In this document: piece by piece, positions 7,179 through 14,107 of the stretch
Layout of the letters: each line of letters begins with the position of its first letter
Numbering within the stretch: position 1 is the first letter of the stretch
DNA from: a virus
Virus record (IMG/VR): IMGVR_UViG_3300031673_000019
Coordinates: 6,958-70,957 of that record
Length of the DNA stretch: 64,000 nt
Direction: 5' to 3' (one strand)
Position numbers and translations under genes: made by a program
Notes under the pieces: model-generated
What the model was told of the DNA's origin: nothing
Seen by the model: the letters and a program-made list of their open reading frames with translations, nothing else
Database searches by the model: none

Positions 7179-10031
7179 ATGACATTGGCAGAGTATCTTT
7201 CGCCAGGCGTATTCATCGAAGAGGTCAACACCAGCGGCCAGCAGGTCGAGGCGGTGGGTACTTCTACGATGGCGATTGTCGGTTGGACCGAGAGGGGTGC
7301 ATCCGATACGGCCACGATCGTCACGAGCAGTGACGACTTCTTCCGCAAGTTCGGCGAGTACACGAACGACAGCCGTGTACCCATCTCGATTCAAGCGTTC
7401 TTCGGCAACGGTGGCACTCGTGCATACGTTGTGCGCGTCGTCCCTACCGACGCGGTGGCTGGCGACTCGCTGATCGCGAACGCGGTGACCGGCGAGGTCA
7501 TCGAGGAGGCCGACGGGTCGGACCCCTTCACGGCGAACGGGACGCTGGCGGAGGCGTCCGCGGAGACGCCGATCACGCCGGGGTCGGTCGTGGTGTCGTG
7601 GAAGAATAACCCGGCAGGCTCGATCTCTGCTGAGGACCCGACGTTCTCGCCCACGGAGGACCCGGACGACGTCGGTCCGTACGAGGCGACGCTCGCGAAT
7701 ACGACTCTTACCGACGACGTCATCACGATTGACTGGACCGAGTCGATCCAAGCCGTTGGCACATTGACGCTTACGGGCAACATCACGAACGGTGATCAGG
7801 TCGAGCTTGGCGGCAAGACCTACACGTTCCAAACGGTCCTGACGGATGTTGATGGCAACGTGTTGGTCGGCGGCACGGCTGAGGCGTCCATCGACAACCT
7901 TGTGGCGGCCATCAACCTCGCGGCTGGATCAGGGTCTACGTACGCTGCCGCGACGACGGCTCATCCGAACTCGGGTGCCGTGAAGTTGACGGCTTCGACG
8001 ATGCGCGGCTACGCCCTTGCCGGCGGTACAGCAGGCAACGCTCTCACGACGACTGATCCGGTCGACACTGGCACTGCCATGTCATGGGGCGCTGGCGTCC
8101 TCTCGGGAGGCACCGACAATGACGCTGCTACGGCAACGCTTACGGGTGCTTCGACGGTGGGCGGCTCGGAGGCAGCGCGCATTTCTGCGGCCACGATCGA
8201 TCGAGACACGGGCGAGCTGAGCATCACGTTCGTAGCCAAGACCATCGGCACGAACAACGGCCCCGACGCTGATTCGATCACCGTCGACTACGACTTCGGC
8301 GGCACAGCACAAACAGTCACCGACGACGGTGCAGGCGCCTTCTCGACCACCACCACTGGGTCGACGGTTATTACAGGGACGGTCGACTACGACACGGGTG
8401 CTATCAGCGTCACGTTCACCGGCGGCACTGACATCCCGTTCGACGGCAATGACGTGTCGGCGTCGTACGAGAGCCGCCTCTGGGAGCTGGCAGCGGCGAA
8501 TGAAGGTGCCTGGTCGTCGAGGATGACGTTCAGGCTGACAGGTAACTCCGACTCGTTCATTTACGGGACGCAGGCTACCGCGAATGCCGGAACGTACGGC
8601 AGCTTTGACGTGACGGTTCTCCTGGAGAACACGTTCACGCTCGAAGACGAAGTCAAAGAGACCTACGAGGAACTGGTCTTCGGCGACACGACGGATGCCC
8701 TCTATTTCGCTGATGTCATCAATGACAACAGCGACTTCGTGACGGTGACGGACCTGGGCGCTCTCGCGCCACCGTCTTCGTTCTCCGGCGTCGATCGCAC
8801 GGAGTCGATGGGGACCGGCGACTCTACGCCGACGCTTACGTTCACGGGTACCTTGACATGGGCAGCGCTTGTGAAGACGTCGCTCGTCATCACGTATACG
8901 CCCGTTGCTACAGGAACTCGTACATTGACGGCTGATTCGGCCGGCAATATTACGGGCACCGGCCTCGACACAACGAAGACGAACTCGATCAACTATACGA
9001 CGGGTGCGTTTACGTTGAACTTCCTGAGCGGCTCGGACGCTCCGGCGGACACGACCGATATCTCGGGTGCGTACATCTCGATGCCGGCGACTTCGTCGGT
9101 CGACTACACGTTCTCGAACGGCGCGGATGGAACGCTGTCTGGGGCGACGTTCGATAGGACCGTGTTTAGCAGCCCGATTTTGTCTACGGACAAGCTCGGG
9201 ATGTACGCGCTGGACCGAGTCGACGAGGTGATGCAGCTGATCATCCCCGACTTTGCGGGCGATACGGTGGTGATGGGAGACATGATCGATTACGCGGAGC
9301 TGCGTAAAGATCTGTTTCTGATCATGACGACGCCGGCAGGGTACAGCGCTTCGAGGGCGGTTGACTTCAAACGCATCGACTTCCCACGGCGCACCAAGTA
9401 CGCAGCGTACTACTGGCCGTGGATTCGGGTAACCGACCCGACCAATGCCGCAAAGACGCTGACGGTGCCTCCTGTGGCGCACGTGGCAGGCATCTACGCG
9501 CGGACGGACTCGACCAGGAACGTGGGCAAGGCGCCAGGTGGCGTGGTCGATGGGGCCCTTCAGTTCCTCGTGGGCTTGGAGACGAACCCCGACAAGGGTG
9601 AGCGCGACACCGTGTACCCGGCACGCATCAACCCGCTGATCAATACACCGCAGACCGGGCTGGCCGTATGGGGCGTGCGTACGTCCTCTGTGACCAACGA
9701 CGTGCTTCGGTATGTCAACGCGGTGCGCCTCTTCCAGTTCGTCGAAAAGTCGATTTTCAATTCGACGCAGGGATTCGTGTTCGAGTCGATCACGTCTAAC
9801 CTGTACAGTCAGATCAAAACGACGGTCGACAGTTTCCTGCTCAACCTGTTCAATACGGGTCACTTTGCAGGGTCCACACCTGACCAGGCGTTCTTCGTGA
9901 TTGTCGATTCAACGAACAACCCGGTCGAGGTAATCAACCAGGGCCAGGTCGTGGTCGACATTGGCATTGCGCCGAACCGCCCTGGGGAATTTATCAGATT
10001 CAGGTTCGCCCAAAAGACGCTGACAGCGTAG
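7179..10031 (+). CDS. contractile tail sheath protein with large inserted domains
   Basis: YLSPGVFIEEV..AIVGWTERG start; AAYYWPWI, VPPVAHVAGIYARTD, RYVNAVRLF, APNRPGEFIRFRF. Confidence 0.97.
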   Translation: MTLAEYLSPGVFIEEVNTSGQQVEAVGTSTMAIVGWTERGASDTATIVTSSDDFFRKFGEYTNDSRVPISIQAFFGNGGTRAYVVRVVPTDAVAGDSLIANAVTGEVIEEADGSDPFTANGTLAEASAETPITPGSVVVSWKNNPAGSISAEDPTFSPTEDPDDVGPYEATLANTTLTDDVITIDWTESIQAVGTLTLTGNITNGDQVELGGKTYTFQTVLTDVDGNVLVGGTAEASIDNLVAAINLAAGSGSTYAAATTAHPNSGAVKLTASTMRGYALAGGTAGNALTTTDPVDTGTAMSWGAGVLSGGTDNDAATATLTGASTVGGSEAARISAATIDRDTGELSITFVAKTIGTNNGPDADSITVDYDFGGTAQTVTDDGAGAFSTTTTGSTVITGTVDYDTGAISVTFTGGTDIPFDGNDVSASYESRLWELAAANEGAWSSRMTFRLTGNSDSFIYGTQATANAGTYGSFDVTVLLENTFTLEDEVKETYEELVFGDTTDALYFADVINDNSDFVTVTDLGALAPPSSFSGVDRTESMGTGDSTPTLTFTGTLTWAALVKTSLVITYTPVATGTRTLTADSAGNITGTGLDTTKTNSINYTTGAFTLNFLSGSDAPADTTDISGAYISMPATSSVDYTFSNGADGTLSGATFDRTVFSSPILSTDKLGMYALDRVDEVMQLIIPDFAGDTVVMGDMIDYAELRKDLFLIMTTPAGYSASRAVDFKRIDFPRRTKYAAYYWPWIRVTDPTNAAKTLTVPPVAHVAGIYARTDSTRNVGKAPGGVVDGALQFLVGLETNPDKGERDTVYPARINPLINTPQTGLAVWGVRTSSVTNDVLRYVNAVRLFQFVEKSIFNSTQGFVFESITSNLYSQIKTTVDSFLLNLFNTGHFAGSTPDQAFFVIVDSTNNPVEVINQGQVVVDIGIAPNRPGEFIRFRFAQKTLTA

Positions 10032-10089
10032 GCTCGCGCACCAGATCCTAGGTCTGTCAAATCAATAAGGTTGAAACAGGAGAAAGCCC

Positions 10090-10572
10090 ATGTCTGTTAG
10101 CGTAGTGATCACGAATCTTTCCGCGTCGCCTGTCTCGCTGAGCGACCTGTACGTAACCCTTGGCGCAACAGGGTCGGCCACGGAGGCCGTGACGATTACT
10201 CGTAGCGTTTCCGAGCTGGACTCGATGAACGCGCTCAAGGAGCTTGTCAGCGCTGGCACTGTCAGTGTGGTCCCGACGCAGTCGGGGTCGAATGTGGACC
10301 TTTTGTCCGTGCCGCTTGAGCAGCATGGCGTTGAGGCCGCCCTCGACGTTGGGTCGATCGCCCTACTAACGGCCACCATTACGTTTGCGGAGCCATTTCC
10401 GGCAGGTGTTGTGCCTGTGGTGACGCTGTGCGTGGACAAGACCGACGGGCCCGATGCGCGCGGTGAAGTCTGGGTGCAGGACATCACCAATGCTGGGTTT
10501 GATTACTACTACGATGTGACGACGGCGGATGCCGGCGCCACGAACGACCTCAACTGGAAGGCTACCTACTAG
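10090..10572 (+). CDS. small structural protein, C-terminal H-type-lectin-like fold
   Basis: AGGAGA SD; ITFAEPF..VPVVTL..VQDITNAGF resembles H-lectin/gp53-C type domains. Confidence 0.6.
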   Translation: MSVSVVITNLSASPVSLSDLYVTLGATGSATEAVTITRSVSELDSMNALKELVSAGTVSVVPTQSGSNVDLLSVPLEQHGVEAALDVGSIALLTATITFAEPFPAGVVPVVTLCVDKTDGPDARGEVWVQDITNAGFDYYYDVTTADAGATNDLNWKATY

Positions 10573-10633
10573 CATTCGCGCTGATACTTCCAGCGTGATA
10601 CGGTAGGATCCATCCATTACGTGAGGGGCATCT

Positions 10634-11200
10634 ATGGCTCGACCGAAATCTACTGACTTCCTGCACAACTTTCGATTCCACGTTCTTGTGCAGGGCTTTG
10701 GCGAAGCTGGTGACACGCAGCTGAAGACGGGCGGCACCAAGCCAGACGCCGGCTTCAATTCGGTCAGCACGCCTGAGGCCCAGCACGACGCGGTGGAGTA
10801 TCGCGAGGGGCACTACATCTATACCCAGAAGTACGTTGGTATTCCGACGATTTCGGATATCAGTCTGCAGCGCGGGGTCGCGCTTCAGGACGGCACCTTC
10901 TGGGCGTGGATGAAGGACGTCATCGAGGGCAACGCTGAGTATCGTGCGGACGTGAGCATCTATCACTTCCACCGTGACTCGAAGCCGAACACCTCGACGA
11001 TCCCTGGCTCCCCGAATACGCAGCAGTCGATCATTGCTGGACCGGATGACCCTGGCCTTATCGAGTATCGATTGGGCCAGGCTTTTCCGATTCGTCACAA
11101 GGTGGCAAGCGACTTGGACGCGACAGCCAGCGAGGTGGCTATCCAGGACATTGACCTTGCCATCGAGCACTTCGACGTCATCGACCACGGCCCAGCGTGA
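10634..11200 (+). CDS. tail tube protein, T4 gp19-like
   Basis: NFRFHV, GFNSVS..VEYREG, ISLQRG, FWAWMKDVIEG, ASDLDATASEVAI. Confidence 0.93.
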   Translation: MARPKSTDFLHNFRFHVLVQGFGEAGDTQLKTGGTKPDAGFNSVSTPEAQHDAVEYREGHYIYTQKYVGIPTISDISLQRGVALQDGTFWAWMKDVIEGNAEYRADVSIYHFHRDSKPNTSTIPGSPNTQQSIIAGPDDPGLIEYRLGQAFPIRHKVASDLDATASEVAIQDIDLAIEHFDVIDHGPA

Positions 11201-11212
11201 TACGTTGAGGCC

Positions 11213-11926
11213 GTGAGTCGAAAGCGGCTAGACGACTACCTCCAGAGTCATCTCTTCTGGGCGTTTGATGCGACCCAGAGCAATGGGATCCCCGTGTTTA
11301 ACCCGCTCTTCGGGTTCTCTAGGATCACGTCGCCTGAGATTAATCTGGAGGTAGAGCAGTTCAAAGACGGGACGTTTCTGTATAACCGTTCCGTCGTGAA
11401 GGCTGGATCGGCGTCGTCCGTCATGTTTGAACGGGCGGCGTCTATGTTTGATTCGGACTTCTACGACTGGATCATTCTTGCGCTTCACGGCAACAAGGAC
11501 TTTGAGGCCGCCGGAACGCTTGGCAAGATAGCTTCGTTCGGTGCGAATGCGCTAACAGGCGGTGGAAGGTCGAACCCGCGAAGAAGCCTGCTGATCATAC
11601 AGTTCACTCGGATCAATATGAGTGATCCGAGCCCGGTCAACGCCGTGAACGGCGTAGCTGCTGCGGCTGCTATTGGTGGCATCCTAGGGTCGAGCGTCTC
11701 AGGCGCTCTCACAGGGGGCGGCTTGGCCGCCGCATTCATGTTCGGCCTGGGCCCCTTCGAGTTTGCGAAGAGGCTGCCCGGTAGAGCATGGCTGCTTCAT
11801 GATTGCCTGCCGTTGCGATATAAGTCGGCGTCTGATTTTGATGCGAACTCGGGGCAGGTCTCTATGCAGGAGATCGAGGTACAGCCAGAATATATTGAGG
11901 AGTACAGTCTCGGGATCAAACCATAA
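11213..11926 (+). CDS. tail tube paralog (gp19-like, Afp5-type)
   Basis: GFSRITSPEINLEVEQFKDG, FYDWI, SDFDANSGQVSMQEIEV; carries a Gly/Ala hydrophobic insert. Confidence 0.85.
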   Translation: MSRKRLDDYLQSHLFWAFDATQSNGIPVFNPLFGFSRITSPEINLEVEQFKDGTFLYNRSVVKAGSASSVMFERAASMFDSDFYDWIILALHGNKDFEAAGTLGKIASFGANALTGGGRSNPRRSLLIIQFTRINMSDPSPVNAVNGVAAAAAIGGILGSSVSGALTGGGLAAAFMFGLGPFEFAKRLPGRAWLLHDCLPLRYKSASDFDANSGQVSMQEIEVQPEYIEEYSLGIKP

Positions 11927-11936
11927 GAGGTGACTG

Positions 11937-12137
11937 ATGGGCCGGTCTAAGGATGAGCTGTTTCAGATTGCAATAGGTGCTCGGGCCAGCCTTGACGTGA
12001 TTAAACTTGATGACATGTCCGTTCTGTTTGTTATCTCGGAACGAGAAGACATCCAGCGTCGGACCGTGGTTCAGATCAGCAAGGAAGACGCGATCAACCT
12101 CGTGAAGTTCATCGTAGGGATTGAGGAAAAGCAATGA
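11937..12137 (+). CDS. hypothetical protein
   Basis: GAGGTG SD, 66 aa. Confidence 0.6.
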   Translation: MGRSKDELFQIAIGARASLDVIKLDDMSVLFVISEREDIQRRTVVQISKEDAINLVKFIVGIEEKQ

Positions 12138-12322
12138 GCAGCGAATGGAATACGCCGGATATTGAAGGCATGCTTGCGGCCCTTGCCCAGGGCACGCAGT
12201 CCTCGGATGAAGTGTGGAGCAATGGCGTTGAGCTGGCCGGGGGGCACCAAACGGGGCCAGGAGAGCACGTCGTGGGCGATATCCAATGGCTAACGCCGGA
12301 CGATCTAGACTGGTTCAGATAG
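12134..12322 (+). CDS. hypothetical acidic protein
   Basis: ATGA overlap with upstream gene. Confidence 0.55.
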   Translation: MSSEWNTPDIEGMLAALAQGTQSSDEVWSNGVELAGGHQTGPGEHVVGDIQWLTPDDLDWFR

Positions 12323-12365
12323 AGCCATATCGAACGTAATATCTCCAGGAGTCTTCACCTGGAGC

Positions 12366-12403
12366 TTGACATAGCTATCCAGCTAGAGGTATGGCTGGAT
12401 AGC
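12366..12403 (+). promoter_or_regulatory. sigma70-like promoter with 10-bp inverted repeat
   Basis: TTGACA-N18-TATGGC; GCTATCCAGC(12374-83)/GCTGGATAGC(12394-403) abuts the GTG start. Confidence 0.6.
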
Positions 12404-12991
12404 GTGGATCGAAAAGAGCCCAAGGTCATCGTCTTCGAGCCGCATCCGGGGCCGATGTCGGACGTGTCCGACCTGAGGGATTGGAAGACGAAGGTACTGG
12501 CCCGTGACGCGGGGCGCTGCGTCAACTGTGGGTCGGGAGAAAAGGTCGCGGCGTGTTTTGTGATCCCTCCTGAGGTGGGCGGCCACCTTCGGGTCAGCAA
12601 TGGGGTCTCGATATGCCGGTCGTGCAGGCTTGCGGCTGATAGCACGCGCGTTCTGCCCCAGCGTATCGATAACAAGACGCCGATCAACTTTCTGATCAGC
12701 AGCACGTTGCATCGCAGCGTGCATCAGTACGTGCGCAATGGCTCGAAGTTCGGCAGCGTTTCTGCGCTGATGCGAGCGATGATCGCCAGTTTGATTACGC
12801 AGCCTGAGCAGTACGAGGACCTCACCTTGTGGCAGGACGAGGGGTCCGACGTCAAGGTGAACGGCTGGGTTGATGGGCAGCAATACGAGGTGTTCAAGGG
12901 CATGTGCCGTGCCCGCGGCATCAGCTACACGGACGCCCTCAAGGGGCTGCTGTTGGTAGCCGTGGAAGGGTACGACGTTGGCAAGCACTAG
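12404..12991 (+). CDS. degenerate HNH Zn domain fused to two ribbon-helix-helix-like domains
   Basis: RD..RCVNCG..ACFVIP..GG..SNG..CRSC lacks the HNH histidines; INFLIS..SVSALMRAMI and VNGWVD..ISYTDALKGLL are RHH-like. Confidence 0.7.
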   Translation: MDRKEPKVIVFEPHPGPMSDVSDLRDWKTKVLARDAGRCVNCGSGEKVAACFVIPPEVGGHLRVSNGVSICRSCRLAADSTRVLPQRIDNKTPINFLISSTLHRSVHQYVRNGSKFGSVSALMRAMIASLITQPEQYEDLTLWQDEGSDVKVNGWVDGQQYEVFKGMCRARGISYTDALKGLLLVAVEGYDVGKH

Positions 12992-13003
12992 GATGAGGTT
13001 CTG

Positions 13004-13780
13004 ATGAATCCTGAAGTAGAGAAATCGAAGCCATCCCTCGACGAGTTCGAGCTTCCGTGTGGCTACCTGGACCGTGACGGGAACCTTCACACGTCGGTGA
13101 CCGTGAGGGAGTTGACAGGGGAGGAAGAGGAAATCCTTGCCACCCGCAACATGTCTCCGATCAAGAAGATCAATCGGATCTTAGCTCGCTGCACCGAGTC
13201 CATCGGTGCCGTCCAGGGAAGCCTCGTTGACACGGTTATCCCTGACTTGACTCAGGGCGACCGCGTGTTTTTGCTGATAGCAATCCGCCGGGCGAGCCTT
13301 GGCAACGACATGCCAGTGCTTACGAAATGCCCAGGCTGCGAGCGGGAGTCGAGGTTCATCTTCGACCTGTCCGAACTTGAGGTTAAGCCTATGCCAGACC
13401 CTCTCGTCCGCTTTTACGACCTGGAGCTGCCGAAGTCGGGGCAAAAGGTGCGGATGAAGGTGTTGACGGGGCGAGGCGAGGAAGCCATCAGCAAGGCGTC
13501 CAACAAGGGCGTGGACATCGTCTCAACGGCGATCTTCGTTCGCATCGACTCCCTCAATGACAAGCCAGCCACGATCAAAGACCTGAAGTCGCTCTCGCTG
13601 TCCGACCGAAACTTCCTAAGAGAGTCATGGGAAGATCACGAAGGCGGCGTCGACACAACCCTCGAAATCGAATGCCCTAGCTGCTCCCGCGAGTACGAGA
13701 CGGAGTTGGATATTTCCCAGCAGGGTTTTTTCAACCCCTCGGCGACGTTAAAGAACTGGAAGACCAAATATTCTTTCTGA
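13004..13780 (+). CDS. tail assembly chaperone / T4 gp26-like baseplate hub assembly protein
   Basis: ELPCGY, VRELTGEEEEIL, CPGC and CPSC Zn motifs, duplicated domain; precedes tape measure. Confidence 0.85.
   Translation: MNPEVEKSKPSLDEFELPCGYLDRDGNLHTSVTVRELTGEEEEILATRNMSPIKKINRILARCTESIGAVQGSLVDTVIPDLTQGDRVFLLIAIRRASLGNDMPVLTKCPGCERESRFIFDLSELEVKPMPDPLVRFYDLELPKSGQKVRMKVLTGRGEEAISKASNKGVDIVSTAIFVRIDSLNDKPATIKDLKSLSLSDRNFLRESWEDHEGGVDTTLEIECPSCSREYETELDISQQGFFNPSATLKNWKTKYSF
13723..13732 (+). other. -1 ribosomal frameshift slippery site G GGT TTT (and T TTT TTC)
   Basis: In-frame X XXY YYZ heptamer; the -1 frame is open to TAG 13929. Confidence 0.65.
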
Positions 13781-13929
13781 TGGAGAGTTGGCGGGGGCTA
13801 ACGTACGAATCGATCATGAAGATGCCTGCGACGCGTCGCATACGGATGATTATCAAGAAGAGCGACTTAGAGACAGAGCGGCGTCGCAACGAGGAACGGT
13901 CCCTCTCTCGCGCGAAGCGAGGAAGGTAG
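13780..13929 (+). CDS. T-segment / gp51-like chaperone partner (49 aa from ATG, or frameshift extension)
   Basis: Not in ORF track; (QIFFL)MESWRGLTYESIMKMPATRRIRMI matches the short chaperone-partner pattern. Confidence 0.75.
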   Translation: MESWRGLTYESIMKMPATRRIRMIIKKSDLETERRRNEERSLSRAKRGR

Positions 13930-13958
13930 CACCTGCGCAAACGCTTGCGTGAGAAGGC

Positions 13959-13995
13959 AAAACGGGGGCATGGCGGATGCTATGCCCCCGTTTTT
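13959..13995 (+). terminator. intrinsic terminator, possibly bidirectional
   Basis: AAAACGGGGGCATGGC-GGAT-GCTATGCCCCCGTTTTT. Confidence 0.85.
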
Positions 13996-14107
13996 CATGG
14001 AGTGGAACCGATCTGGGATTTGCGATACTCTCAGCTCTACCTCACGCGGTAGGTAGGCTCAGGGTGATGGCAGCGACGATCGTCTGGCAAGAAAGTCGGG
14101 TAACGAG

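Noticed and set aside
8082-9863. 593-aa minus-strand ORF
   Set aside because: Mirror of the sheath codon bias; Arg/His/Val-rich composition typical of shadow ORFs
12404-12991. Active homing endonuclease / mobile element
   Set aside because: Catalytic histidines are absent; no intron or intein context
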